Of a DNA stretch of 64,000 nt, positions 1-13,074 are shown piece by piece. This DNA is from Nemertoderma westbladi (lineage: Eukaryota; Animalia; Xenacoelomorpha). The position numbers and the translations under genes were made by a program. Every line of letters starts with the position of its first letter. The first letter of the stretch is position 1. The stretch covers positions 7,124-71,123 of the forward strand of contig JAUCBJ010006674.1 of NCBI GenBank assembly GCA_032718475.1, read 5' to 3'. The notes beneath the pieces are model-generated. The model saw only the letters and a list, made by a program, of their open reading frames with translations. It was not told the origin of the DNA and did no database searches.

Positions 1-45
1 TTTCTTGGATTTGATTTGATATGATAAGGTATAATTATATCTCAC

Positions 46-190
46 CTTTCCGTAATATCCTTTATTGCAATCACAAGTGTATTCCTTTTTATTTTGAGGA
101 CGTGTCTTGCAAACCGCGCCATTTAGACAGGGGTTTGTCCTGCAGACATCGGCTTCCGAACAATTCTTGCCAAGGAAACCCTTTTGGCAA
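46..190 (-). CDS. Exon of host cadherin-like/EGF-repeat gene (EGF repeats)
   Basis: Minus strand ttgcag|T TGC...GGA AAG|gtgag; reads CQKGFLGKNCSEADVCRTNPCLNGAVCKTRPQNKKEYTCDCNKGYYGK. Its phase-2 start matches the phase-2 end of exon 1874-2063. Gene continues beyond the left edge. Confidence 0.9.
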
Positions 191-1873
191 CTGCAATGAG
201 AAAGATTCAGAATATTAATAATTGAAGCGGTTAGTTCGAAAAGGGACTTAATGACAAATTTTCCAAAATAATTTTTATTGCCTACATATAGCAGGATTTA
301 AAGCTCTACCCGCCAGTGAGAGCTACAAAGCCGTATCGCAATTCCTTCTATGAGAAATCCGAGAAACAAAATTTCCCTTTTCTCTGGCTCTGGGCTACCA
401 ACACACAAATCGAAGTACCAAACCTGGGTTACCAAGAACCAAAGCCAGACTTCATATGAAATTCAACATGTTTCAAAATATCAACATTAAAAACTGGTAG
501 GATGTTTGATTGTTTGATGGAAAGATGTTGCGTTTTCATTATTATATTTTATTATCAAACAGGTAAAACGTTTGACTAATGATAATTATTTAAGATGAAG
601 GGGCATTTATTATTTATTAACTTAGGTTGTTTTAATCCAACAAGATGCAGAAGTACATTTTTAAGATTGAGGGATTGTAGCGATGGGTGAAACTGTAACC
701 GGAGCGGCACATTAATGAGGTTTCTTTATGGATAAGCTAATGTTTTTATAATTTGACCGGTGTGATAGTTGGCATATCGAGAATGGATGGACGGGTAGGA
801 CACAGGTTGTGGCAGTGACGAGCAATTACCAAGAAATAATTATCCACAGCCGTCAAAATGAAACACTAAACTGTCACAAATCCGAAATCAAAAGAAAAAA
901 AATCTACACATTTTTTGACAACATTATTTGCAAATGAAGATTAAACTAATTCTGCAATTTAATTCACTATACTGAAGCTAAAACTGAATCCAAAATATTT
1001 TCTAATCTGTCTTAGTATTGATTTACATTATTGCTGCTGGCTCGCATCCTTATCGCAGATACGAAGAAATTAGGACTCTAGGATGAATATAGTCGGGATA
1101 ATTGCCAAACTGTCTCTCAACGAAAAAAATAATTAAATACTTGTCTACCCCGCAGCCATAAAGCAAGCGATAAACATTATATGAAAGGTATCACAATAAA
1201 AATTTATAATTAATCAATTCAGAATGTTAATGGCTCAAATTGAAACTTTATGCAGTAAAACAACACGTTCGGTGTAGCTTCTGCGCAGGACGAAGTAAGC
1301 AAGCTTGTTGTATGGGTACCACTATTTCAGCTTTTCCCCACTTGCCCTCCAGTGGGAGAATGGGGTACTGCTGACTGCTGAGTCCCCCACTCCAATTATA
1401 TTTAAGACTTTGTACAGACTACGTGTGTACAAAGTTTGGTTTAATTAATATAATAAATGAATGAAATGAAATGAAAAGATTTAATAAATTATCAGCCTTC
1501 AAACATTTGCCGACAGGCAGACAGATAACGGTTGAAACAGCGGTATTGTGTAAATCAGTAAATATTTCACATTGATGAAATGGGCTTTGTATAAATAACT
1601 ACCCAGTATATTATTAACCCTGATAATACCCATAATATTATTTGTTCCCAAAGCAATGCCTACACTTCCAACACAAACACAATGCTAAAAGTATAATAAA
1701 CTTATTGACAGACAAATAGACTCTGGCCTATAACAGTAATCGATCTCATTGTTAACTTACTGACAGATATATCGACTCTTGAGTATAAAATTCTCGGACC
1801 CGTTGTTAACTTACTGACATGACAGGCAGATCAACGCTCATATATAACAGTACCGGTTCCATTGATAACTTAC

Positions 1874-2063
1874 TGACAAACATATCGACTCTCATCTATA
1901 ACTGTACAGGTTCCATTGTTTTCGCACGGCTTTTCACTGCAGGCATCAAAGTCCTCACAATATTTTCCATGCACATTTTTGTTTAGGCACTGGCATGTAA
2001 AGTTGTCTGGATTAACTTCATCCTGTATGCATGTCCCATAATAGCAATGGGCTAACTGACAAC
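1874..2063 (-). CDS. Exon of host cadherin-like/EGF-repeat gene (EGF repeats)
   Basis: tttcag|GT TGT CAG...TGT CA|gtaagt; GCQLAHCYYGTCIQDEVNPDNFTCQCLNKNVHGKYCEDFDACSEKPCENNGTCTVIDESRYVC has EGF cysteine spacing; phase 1 to phase 2. Confidence 0.92.
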
Positions 2064-2552
2064 CTGAAATAGAAATATAAACAATTAGAGAACTGACTGG
2101 AGATGAGGTGGATTGCACATTCCCTCTGGAATGACACTTACAAAGAAATGACAGAAAAATCAATGCAATACCTATTTCCCTGTAAATTCCAATAACTCTC
2201 CGTTTGACAGTTATCATAATACAATTATTATACAACTGCCTGATAAAAGAGGCTGATTTCATTTCTCAGCATCGGAGCAGCAAGCCTAATTAAATATTAA
2301 TAAAACGCCTCATTACCGAGGCCTAACTGCTTTGAATTTAATAAATGTCAATTGACAAACTCAATCCTGGGTGTCATGAAAGGGTCTCCAAAGTGATGCT
2401 TCAATCTTTCTTAAGTTGCTGTTTTTTTGCACATGGTATCAAATATATTTTATTAATAATTATTGTAGGGAAACACAGAAGCCATATTGGCAATAATGAA
2501 ATCTAGGTTATTTAGGTTATAATTATTCTAAACAAAAGACCCTAAAATATTG

Positions 2553-2770
2553 ACTACCACAAGGTTCTGTGCTCGGCCCTATTTTATTCTCTATTTATAC
2601 TCGATCACTCTCGAAAGTAATTGCTAAATACGGTATATCGTTCCATTTCTACGCTGATAACACAATTTATCTCGCGTTCAAACCGCAAAACCGCACTGCA
2701 GCCAATGAAAAAATGGAGCGTTGCTTGATCGATGTGCGTAAATGGATGACCGAACATTTGTTTTCCAACA
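2553..2770 (+). mobile_element. L2/CR1-type LINE reverse transcriptase fragment
   Basis: [16 protein letters not shown]...FHFYADNT corresponds to the non-LTR RT motifs PQGSxLGP and YADD (degenerate). Confidence 0.85.
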
Positions 2771-2930
2771 AGGACTGTCATATAGCAAGCAGCAGTCTCG
2801 CCAGCTGCCCGGAATAAACTTACCTACATGTTACTAATTGATTGATACTAAATGTTGCTTGAAGACTAAACGATGTGTAAGGATAATCCATACTGTCGAC
2901 ATCTAGGGGAGGGGTCTGCCATTTATAATG

Positions 2931-3152
2931 TGTAGAGGTTATGCTTATGGATATAGGTTCTTCCACAGCAATAAAAACTATTCAAATTATTCGCGAGGCC
3001 TTGATGTGCTTGATTTTCAGTTTTGGTCTGTATAAATTTAGTTTTTCTTTTGATGTTTTAATCGCCTGATGAAGATGCCCGAAAGGGCCCGCGAATAATT
3101 ATTATATTATTTATTGCTAAGGAAGCCAGCCCCTCTATCTATAACCTCTACA
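2931..3152. repeat. Imperfect foldback/inverted repeat (MITE-like or inverted Penelope pLTR remnant)
   Basis: Nested complementary pairs tgtagaggttat/ataacctctaca, agcaataaa/tttattgct and aattattcgcg/cgcgaataatt; interior contains ctgatgaagatgcccgaaagggc. Confidence 0.6.
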
Positions 3153-3554
3153 TGTATAAGGATAACACTGATGTCAGTTTACATTCGTGTGGTATTTGAT
3201 CAATAGCGTAACACCTATTATTATTTATTTATATAATAACTCAAAATCGGATTTAAAAAAATGTATAGAGCAAATTGAAATGAGATAATATTATCGAAGG
3301 AGAGTAAATCCCCAGGCTCATGGCACTTATGATATATTCAAAAGCAATGGTATTGAAAAATATGCTACATCATCCAATGATCTAAACGCTAAAAAAAACG
3401 GTTAAAAATATAATTTATAAAATGGGAAAACTTTTGTTTGACTATAATAAATGTTGATATATATACTATGATAAAGTAAACCTTACCCCAAAGATGGTTA
3501 CGCTAATTAATGTCTCTCATGACCCGAAGATGGTCATGATAATGTCTCACTTAC

Positions 3555-3654
3555 CCCGAAGATTGTTACGCTTTCGTCTTGATGTGGCCCCTGAATGACT
3601 CTCTTTCTTATCGTTTGGGGGTATTACACTATGTGGCTGAATGTATATTCTCAC
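3555..3654 (-). CDS. Exon of host cadherin-like/EGF gene: end of cadherin-like domain plus RRKR furin-type site
   Basis: tttcag|GTG AGA...CGG G|gtaagt; 100 bp, VRIYIQPHSVIPPNDKKESHSGATSRRKRNNLR(G). Phase 0 start and phase 1 end bridge the two neighbouring exons exactly. Confidence 0.85.
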
Positions 3655-4160
3655 CTGAAATAAAAAAAAGGCTGAATGTATAATTTTCACCTGAAATAAA
3701 AAAAATATTAACAATATTAATGAAAAAAAAGAATTTTTACCCCATTCTTACTTTGTCTTTTGAGGCAAAGCTCTTTCATCATTAACCCTTTTATGTTTAA
3801 TCAATTTATTATAGGAACTGTTCTAGGGATCTTAACCTCGAATGATAAATTTATTTTACCGAAAATAACTTATCTTTTATTGGTGCAATTGTAGAACCAA
3901 TCCAATCACATACATACATTTTAACCGGGTAGTGTATAAGATTAGGAATCACATAATTTTATATTGAAATAAATATCTCCCCAAACCACTTATGCGTTTC
4001 GACCTTACTGGGCCTCTCTCTCTATTCATCGTGGTTTCGTATTCGAAACTGGGACCTCGTATTAATGTCGTCAAAACCAGCTATCATTTTATTAGCCACT
4101 GATTTTTATTAATCATAGTGACAATGTGTTGGCAAGTGTGTTTAAATGTAAGAATAAATG

Positions 4161-5220
4161 TACAGGGTGTCCATAAAATGTTATACTTTTTTTATTTTGC
4201 TTTGTGCAGCTCCATGTTAATGATTTTCAATAATTATGGTGCTATTGGATAGCTAGAGAGTACTATTTTTTTGTTTCAAATTGATTTTGAGACAAATTAA
4301 TTTTATTTTAAAGAAAGAAAGACTTTGCATAATTTCAAAAAATGGTATATATAATATGCATGATGGTTCGAAAAGACAAACTGTCTTACAATTTGCACAA
4401 CAATTCCCTGGGGAATGCCATCCTACTAATACTAACTAACATCAAGTGGGTTATCATTAAATTTAGCTCAGAGAAAACTCTATTGAGAAAACATGGTTAT
4501 GGTCGGGTCTCGCTTACGAAAGTAAGATATATGAAATCGAGTCTCATTTCATAGGCAACCCAGAGAGTTCTCTAAGGCTGGCTGGACTAGCCCTTGGGAT
4601 AAGTAAAAGCACCACTCAACGAGTCATTAAGAAACTGAAATTTAAGCCAGACAAGTTACATATATTACATGGTTTACGTACTACCGGTACAGTTTTTACT
4701 GCAGCCCTGTCATGCAGTAACAGTTAATTAATTAATTAATATATATTTCCTGAAGAAGGCCTTAGGGCAGAAATCGATAGAAAACTCATCTTATTTTGTT
4801 TTAGTTTTGAGCTGATAGACCACTGGCTTCCACCATTTAGTGAATATTATGATAAACAACTCCCTAACGACGGTGTGTTGGCACATCAGAAACGTGTCTG
4901 ATGAGGCAAGTGACCTTATTAAGCGAGTGTAATTTGTGCGGAGTCCATATCAATGTTCCTAAACAACAAATCACCAGAACATGTATTTTCCAGTGATGAA
5001 TCCACATTTCTTCTATCCGGGCATGTCAACCGATGGAACTGCCGATTTTGGGGGAAAGTGAAGCCACATAAAATTACTCAAAACTTCCGTGACTCTCCCA
5101 AAATGATTGTAGGCCGCTATCTCGATAACCAGAGTTATTGGGGCATTTCTTCTTCACTAATAATGTGAACAGTACCAACTATTTGGAAATGCTACAGCAG
5201 TTCTTTGTCCCCCAGCTTGA
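4161..5220 (+). mobile_element. Degenerate Tc1/mariner-superfamily DNA transposon
   Basis: TA+CAGGGTGTCC terminus at 4161; frameshifted transposase with VFSSDESTFLLSGHVNRWNCRFWG (first catalytic D motif); apparently interrupted by an insertion around 4690-4900. Confidence 0.8.
4746..4783 (+). ncRNA. Minimal type-I hammerhead ribozyme-like motif (Penelope-type), one mismatch at base of stem II
   Basis: tttc CTGAAGA ag gcc ttag ggc a GAAA tcga TA gaaa: core boxes, stem I tttc/gaaa, palindromic TCGA in helix III. Confidence 0.55.
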
Positions 5221-5722
5221 TGACAAGAAAAACAAAAAAACAAAAACTTAATTATTTCAGAATGTATTTTTGCACTCTGAATTTTCTGGCAGATCAGTGT
5301 TGATATGATCCTCTGCTCTTCACGAACCCTCATTTTTATCATAATGATGTACCATCAATAGATTTTGTGTTTCTCGTAATAAGCACCCACCCAGCACAGA
5401 ATGCCGTATAATACCACAGGAATTTTTGTTGCTCAGAATTTCCTATGAGTGATGGTGTTATTCCAGGAGAGAAAACAAATAAATACATTTATGTGTCTCT
5501 AGGGGATAACTGATATCATCACTATCAATGATCATCGACACCACCAGATCATCTATAATAAATTATTACTATAAAATACAACACAATGTATGTGACATGA
5601 GCAAAAGTTAATTAATTCTATAATTTATGATGCTTTACGTTTGATACCTTAACAAACCTCAACCTCACCTAGTGTTACTTTGTAGTGTAGTAGTCTCATA
5701 TTATACATGTATTTCCACTTAC

Positions 5723-5994
5723 TTTCAGTTCATCAGTAGCTCCTCCCACGGAAGTAGCAACCACAGTAAAAGTCTGTTTGTCCCGCTTAGCTTTATGCAA
5801 GGTCCGGTTGAGGTAGACAATCCCTTGTTTTCCGTCGACTATGAACTTGTCATGATCCCTCCCAATAAGGGAGTAGGTTATGTTGGTGTGAGGCGTGCCA
5901 TTGCAGTACGCTGTCACATTCAACACATAACGGTCTGGCTTCAGGTAACGCGGAACATCCTTACGTTCTTTAGTTTGTATGAACTTTGGACAAT
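5723..5994 (-). CDS. Exon of host gene: degenerate cadherin-like domain
   Basis: tttcag|AT TGT CCA AAG TTC...CTG AAA|gtaagt; CPKF...VLNVTA...ITYSLIGRDHDKFIVDGKQGIVYLNRTL...FTVVATSVGG matches cadherin repeat pattern (PxF, V.A, I.YSL, F.I/V, G.V); 272 bp, phase 1 to 0. Confidence 0.85.
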
Positions 5995-6679
5995 CTGAAA
6001 ATAATGTGAAAGGAGATTTTCGTAATTTAATTTTTTCAAGCTGAATTTTTTTTACATAATTATTTAATTACACTATCATATCATTTAAACAATGTGCAGC
6101 TGCAATGCAACATGCCGTTTACAATAGTATAGTAGCATATCAAACACTTCCTAAGTTAATGAACCACAGGCAGATGTGTTTGTCATTCAATTCATCTTAT
6201 TATCCGGTTTGGTTTCAAGGTTTGAATCCCAAACTCTACACATTATTATAACAAACAGTTATGAGCAAAATGTTGTTAAAAAACTGGAATAGTAGCCGGA
6301 ATTGAAGGAAAATAATAGCGGGTAGATAGATATAAAATATTTTAATTTATTGATGTTTAAAGATATATACTGTCGAGAGATGGATACATGTCATGGTTAT
6401 ACTTGAACCACGACTCCCGCTCTATAGTAGTGCAAAACACTAATGGTGCAATGAAGCATACCCAGAAACAAATCAACCCAAGTCATTCTGTAAGCCAATA
6501 CACTTTCCTAGTTTGGATATTGTCAAGTTATGTATATATTAAACCATTACGTGCTTAGGGGTATGTATGTATATATTACAACATATAATAACACTTTTAA
6601 TATAACACTAATACTGGTTGATTAAATCTATAGAAACTGTTTCTGATCAGAAATAGTTGTCCTACACTGTAGGTTCGAT

Positions 6680-7135
6680 TATTTATGGCAGTAGTAGTAC
6701 CAGTACTTTTATATGGGAGTACATGCTGAGCTGACCTCTAACTGCAGAGGAAACCAAATCTCTGGATGGCACTTTCACAAGAATGCATCGCCGGGTTCAT
6801 TGTGTCAAGTACAAGGAAAACATCTCCAATCAGACTCTATACAACATTGGAGATGTTCCATTAGTCTCCCCTAGCGTGACATTTGAACGGAACCGCCTGA
6901 GCTTTGCAGGACATTGCTTTCGCCGTGAGGACCAGCCAGTGCATAATATTGTACTTTGGCGGCCGCACTCATGGAGTGAATAAGCATGGGGGACAGCCCA
7001 TGACTTTCTTGAGACGCATCTTAAAGTACACTGGCCTTGAAGATGGAGATGAGGATGATCTAGCAAATGTCATCTGTGATAGGGAGTTGTGGCGGCGCAA
7101 TTTTGTCGAAAAACCGACACAGCATTCATAATATA
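6680..7135 (+). mobile_element. RTE-clade LINE 3' fragment (same family as 38240-39642)
   Basis: VVPVLLYGS...LDGTFTRM.RRV...RLSFAGHCFRR...DRELWR is a typical RTE C-terminus; clearly homologous at the nucleotide level to the minus-strand copy at 38240-38720. Confidence 0.88.
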
Positions 7136-10100
7136 TATATGTAATATAAATATAATGCAGCCGCAATGCAGCATGCCGATCGCAGTAGTAGTACTATACT
7201 CGGCCATAATAAAATTAAATTATGATTGATGTATTTTATCAAGTTGTGCACCTTTCTTATTATTCGATAACGGTAGTCAACATCAATTCAATATCAATGC
7301 ATTAGGTGGAGACTGACAACCAACGAATAGTTTATCACTTATTAAATTAACAAGTTCGTTCTAATATATGATAAAATATTATTTATATCACATGTGAAAA
7401 TCCATTTTAATAGTACACAGGTGTGAATGACGTTATCTTGCCTAAATGGCAGTCCGGTAATGCGATGGAGTGGGGTTGTTCAAAGTTGGCTCGTTTGGAA
7501 AACTGGAGAAAACGCCTCCCCTGGCAGCAGTAATTGCCTTGGTCATTAGCAATAGGAAGTGGGAGGTACGGCCCGTTAGTTCGGCTAATTTTAATCACTT
7601 CAACCCCCTGGCGAGTCACAAAAGCAGCGTGATACCTTCTCTCTGATAGAAAAACCTTCTTGCAGCTCACAAAATTCCAATAATTCAAAGAGAATGTTGG
7701 ACTGAGCTGAATATATTATATTGTTCAGCAGTAATACTATACTGTATTACTGTGATGTCAATTGTATACGTTTTTATTGATATCGCCAGAATTATGGGAA
7801 GACTTAAGAGCATTTTTTAGTGAGCTGCAAAAATACAATGATATTACAAGCATTAACACATAATGAATGTAAAATGAACAAATATGTGGCAAATACATAC
7901 TACCTTAATGGTATCATCAATATCTGTCTTCAATCATACTATTGCTTGATTATATTTCTTATCAGCACAATTCTTACACATTCAGAATAATTAATGCATT
8001 TTCGTCTACACATACATGTTGATTCTGCTATGCTATTAATTCTGAATCTAGTCTGTATTAAACTAGCTGCACATAAACTTCATAAAATGTAAGGATACCA
8101 TCAGACGTTCTAACAAGGTTAAATACAATCACTATCGAACCATATCCTAAACTCCCCCAGCAGACGCCAGATTTCGATCGCTGATTCCCAATACAAGGGC
8201 TAGCCGGTGATCATCATAAAATATATCTCATAAAATGTAATCTAGGTAAGACATATGATAGTGTTCATGACAAAAATCGTCAGTAGCTTTTAACTTTGTC
8301 CTTTATGATTATAGGGAACACATGACTGTAATGCGATACCAGCCATCGTGACTTTGCTTTAATGGTCCTGCATTTATATATGATAAGATGATGTCTTGTC
8401 ACATTATACCCAGAAGTAATTAGTGATATATGATACAGTAGTTCCTAACATATTTTCTTTATACTGTTAATGTATTTCCGGATTTTTAGTATCAATTTTA
8501 CTATAAACAGTTGGTGGTGAAAAAAACATCGCAGGAATACTTTTGAGTTTATTTCGGAGGCTCATTTTCAATTGCTGCCCTGTGTGGAATTTAAATGTAA
8601 TTTACCACCATGGTAGGAAGCCCGAGCGTCCGCAGATCAATTGAATTACTACAGGCTGATTGTCAGATCCCATCTTTCTACTAGTTCATTACAATCCCCA
8701 CCCTTTCCACACAATTCCATATTCCATTGAATATCTGGGGATTCGATACATACATAGATAGCATGATAGGATCCCAATTTAGGCCTACCATACTCAATGT
8801 TTTTGCCTGGAAGAAAGCCAGGTTTCATTACCCATGGAATGACAACATCGATCTGAAGGTAGTGTTACACAATGGGACGCTGTGCGGTACACCTCTGGCT
8901 CTGGGCATGCTCCGAGGAAAGAAAACCTCTTAGGGATGAGTTACCTTCAAGGTACTGCAGATAAACCATAATGCCATGGAGGTGAATTCTCATAGTTAAT
9001 AGCCTGACAATTCTCTGTTTCGAGATGCATGAAATATTGCCTTGGGTTAAGTTAAAATTGGATCACACTGATGTTAAGGACCGAATATCAACAAGATATG
9101 TATATCATCTGCCACTATGCTATGGTGAATGAATGTTACACACGAACAAAACTACCATAATGGACTGCTTACTAACCAATATAGAGAAAGTTTGCTATTG
9201 TTACATAGCAATGAATATAAGCCATTGCATTGCAATGCTGCATGGTTATACAAATAGTTAACCACTGCGGACAAACTATGTGATAAAAACATCACAAAAT
9301 GGGGCTGCTTCTAGTAGAACATAATTTGCATACCACAGAGTTGTCAATTAAAGTAACTCTTATCCAGTTTCAGTGAGCTACTAATTGGGCTAATTACCTA
9401 TTTTGGTAAATTTATTTCAACCTGGATTAAAATTTATACGATTTTAAATAGATCTGGTACTAAAAGTTTTAGCGAAGGGCACGAATTTTTAGTATAATAT
9501 TGCACTTTTTGTGATCTGAAATGGCACCTTTCAGAAAAAAAATAAGTAATTTTTTATGAAAAAGAAATGTTAAAAAGATGTTGACATATTTTCATTACGT
9601 AGATTCTAGTAACAAAAACAGCGGGGATAACAATGGAGTTCCACAACAAAATTCCAGCAAATTTCATCAAGTCGTTCTCGAGAAATATGTACCTTAGTCT
9701 ACAAAAAACTCGTAAAAGTAAGTGCTGAAAAAAACCCTTTAAAGTTTTCAAACCTTACCGCCAATTTTATGTAAATGGCGCAGTTTTCAAAATATACGGT
9801 TAGTTCTATGGAGGCACACCAGCAAACTAAAATTTCCAATATGGCGCTGTTTTCATTTCCGTTATCAGTTTGACTAATCTAGAGTGCCTGTCTGCGTGTA
9901 TGTTTTCTGTCTGTCATTCTGTCAGTTAAAATATAAGGAAGCACACTACAGAAAGACATACTAGATTCCGTCAAACATAAAAAATGACAACATAATTGAA
10001 TTCACCAACGAGGAAATCCCCATAGCAATAAATTTATATAGGTAATGTGTTTCCTTATATATGTTGACAGACAGACAGACAAACCTTTGGTGCTGTGCAA

Positions 10101-10659
10101 AATGTTAAATAATAGTCCTTTGTTTGATAAATACCGTGCCATATAACAATCAATACATAAGTCAAAAACAAAAATAATTTTGGAAAACGGGTTTTACCCG
10201 GAAACTACAATTCGACGTTTAAAAAAATATATTTTTTAAACCCCCAAAGGTACATTCTCACCTTAATATTACATATTTATTTAATATGTTGCGAAAATAT
10301 TGGTTAGTGTATTTGAAAACCCCTTGGCGAACATTTAATGTACTTAATTGAAAGTAATCAGAATATTTGTAAATTGTAAAAAGTTCGATCCTCAGGTGTG
10401 CGGGCACAAAAATTTAATTCTATGATGATGTGCGAAAGTTTCCATAGGCTAAAATGTGATCTATATTTTAATTGTAAATTGAATGCTGATAGCTTACATG
10501 AAAACCAAGCCGGAACCTTGAACCCTTGGGAAGGGTATTGTACAGTACTCCTGACAGTTTATAGTAATGGCTCCACAACATTAATGGAAACTGCCATTAA
10601 CTCCAACACTGTGTCATATGGGTTCATAATCTAATAACTTATCTTCATTCTAATAACAG

Positions 10660-11920
10660 AAATGACAATTGGCAGATGTATCAATTCAGCGCATTCAATT
10701 AGTGCTCGCAGTCTCTTTGCAGTGGGTTGTGTATCTATCCGAAGTCGTCAACAAGAGCCACAATGATCTATATTCACATTGAGATGCCTTTGTACGGTGG
10801 CCCAGAACGGCCAAGCAACTTTTTAAATGTAAAGTGTTCTTTTTAGTGTGAAAATGATCTTTTCAGTGTGAAAATGATCTTTTCAGTGTGAAAATGATCT
10901 TTTCAGTGTGAAAATGATATTTCCATTGTGAAAGTGTAAATCTGAAAGTGCGAAAGTGTAAATTTGAAAGTGCGAAAGTGTAAATTTGAGAGTGAGAAAG
11001 TGTAAATTTGAGAGTACATAACAGTATAGTCTGACAGTACCGTTATGCTAAAGAACGTTTCTGCTGCCACAGCTCTGACAGACTGACTGCACCACACAGT
11101 GCGCCCAGGGCGCAGGGCCAAAGGCCAGCAGACTACATGATGATATGACAAAGCAAATACTGATACCTGTATACATACCAGTGCCAGCGGGGGCTAGCTG
11201 GAGCAGCTTAGTCCAGTACTACAGCAGTCGATTTACCGAACAGCACAACAGTCAGACAGGGCATCGTCGATCACTAGTCTAAATTTAAAAATCCCACCAT
11301 GTTTCTAGCTTTCACATTAACACTTTCTTGCTTTCAAATTTACACTTTCGCACTTTCAAATTTACACTTTCGCACTTTCAAATTTACACTTTCGCACTTT
11401 CAAATTTACACTTTCGCACTTTCAAATTTACACTTTCGCACTTTCAAATTTACACTTTTGCACTTTCAAATTTACACTTTCGCACTTTCAAATTTACACT
11501 TTCCCACTTTCAAATTTACACTTTCAAATTTACACTTTCGCACTTTCAAATTTACACTTTCGCACTTTCAAATTTACACTTTCACAATGAAAAGATCATT
11601 TTCACACTGAAAAGAACACTTTAGCACTGAATAGTACACTTTCACATTTAAAAAGTTTCTTGGCCGTTCTGGGCCACCGTACCTTTGGATATTCTCCAGC
11701 AGGTAGAACTTTGTATATCGAAGAAGATATTTCGGCAGGCAAAACGGAATGAGTGCTTTGATGACGTGCTAAACTACATCGTCGCCTCTACCACTATAGT
11801 TCCCCACTCTATGAACTATTCAATATTAGCAAGTTTACGCAACAAGTGATACTGAAGTTTATTTTCAAACTACCATGAATGGAATGCTATTCCAAACATG
11901 AAGCAACTTAAAGATTAAAC
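10660..11920 (+). mobile_element. Highly degenerate CR1/L2-like LINE 3' remnant, split by the element at 10793-11681
   Basis: Traces of a CR1-type C-terminal pattern (LYxRR, FF...EWNAIP at ~11860-11895) flank the insertion; boundaries approximate. Confidence 0.4.
10793..11681. mobile_element. Non-autonomous DNA transposon, IS3EU-like (TACGG...CCGTA, 6-bp TSD)
   Basis: TIRs tacggtggcccagaacggccaag/cttggccgttctgggccaccgta; TSD CCTTTG at 10787-10792 and 11682-11687; mirror-image subterminal 20-bp and 22-bp (cactttcaaatttacactttcg) arrays. Superfamily assigned only from termini and TSD length. Confidence 0.85.
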
Positions 11921-13074
11921 TTAATGTTTAAATTGGGTAAACCGCTATATTAGACTTAGCAAATTTTATGAGCACAACTTCAGTCTTATTGATGACTTAA
12001 TGGGGAGCCCCAACGGCAACCAACGCGGACGCGTCAAGTGGATGCGTCAAAATCAATAAGAGAGAGAACGGGATTTTTAAATATTAATTTTTAAACTATA
12101 ATTCAAAATGGATGCTGACGATTCGTTGCTGCATTATCCATAACTAAAAGGGATGTATGCCATATAGTTGGTGCTATGGGGTGTGGCTGGCATTGTATGA
12201 GAGATAAAAATATAAGTGGGTTTGAGGTAAGGAAACTTGAGGCATGGCAACGACTGGACCGGAAGGGCTGAAAAGGAACCGAAGGAAAAGGATAACGATC
12301 CTCTATTCAATATCGACATGGATTCCGGGGCTGTATGAGGAAGTTACTGGTACAAACTAAGATTCCCTGTTGTATCGGTGTGGATGTGGCTACCTCATTA
12401 GATTTAATTAAGATGAGATGCTTCATTGGATTGATGGTTCTTACTTCTATGAAATTATCTATTTGGATGTTGAATGATTTAATGAGATTCATTACTTTTT
12501 CATTTTCCAATATAATCGGAGAATGCATGGGTTCGGGTTTTCGGAGCTGCACCAGACATGTGGAGCTGGGCCAGCCCAGAGCTAGGCTGTTATAATCGTT
12601 GTCTCTATTGGCATAGGGGCCGGTATCGGCAGACCCCAAATGCCATGTCCTATGCACTATGCAGCAGGCCTTTGAATTCGCAAATAATATTTGGAGAGAA
12701 AGTTTCTCTACAAAATTTCAGTAAACAGAACAGAAATCGAATGAGTAGTTGAAAAATAAATACATAGATATGGACAAAATGAGCAGTAAAAGCAATCTAT
12801 AGGATATATCTATAATATCTAAGCAATAAATACTGGTACTAATTTCAACTGGAAATAATTATCCACTTTTCGTTCCACAAGATTGGAAAACTTGACAGCT
12901 ACTTGTCGATAACAATGATTCTGTAAGATTTTTTATATTGTTAAATGCTGACTGGTTATGTTTTAAGTTTGTTTTAATAACTGTTTGGAATTATGGAAAC
13001 TGCCTATGCTAAATTATGACCATCATTATTATGACCAGAAAACTATACTTATTTCAAAAATGTATCCCTCAGAT

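Noticed and set aside
3064-3100. CTGATGA...GAAA hammerhead candidate
   Set aside because: The GAAA is the loop of the gccc/gggc stem and no second GAAA or helix III follows.
3985-4030. Hammerhead-like GAGGCCCAGTAAGGTCGAAACGCAT on the minus strand
   Set aside because: CUGANGA box is missing; at most a dead remnant.
11299-11624. Repetitive ORFs (FTLSHFQIYTFALSNLHFRTFK)n
   Set aside because: Translation of a 22-bp tandem repeat inside a non-autonomous transposon.
12134-12752. Overlapping short ORFs
   Set aside because: No recognisable motif; possibly a decayed LINE ORF1, but not supportable.
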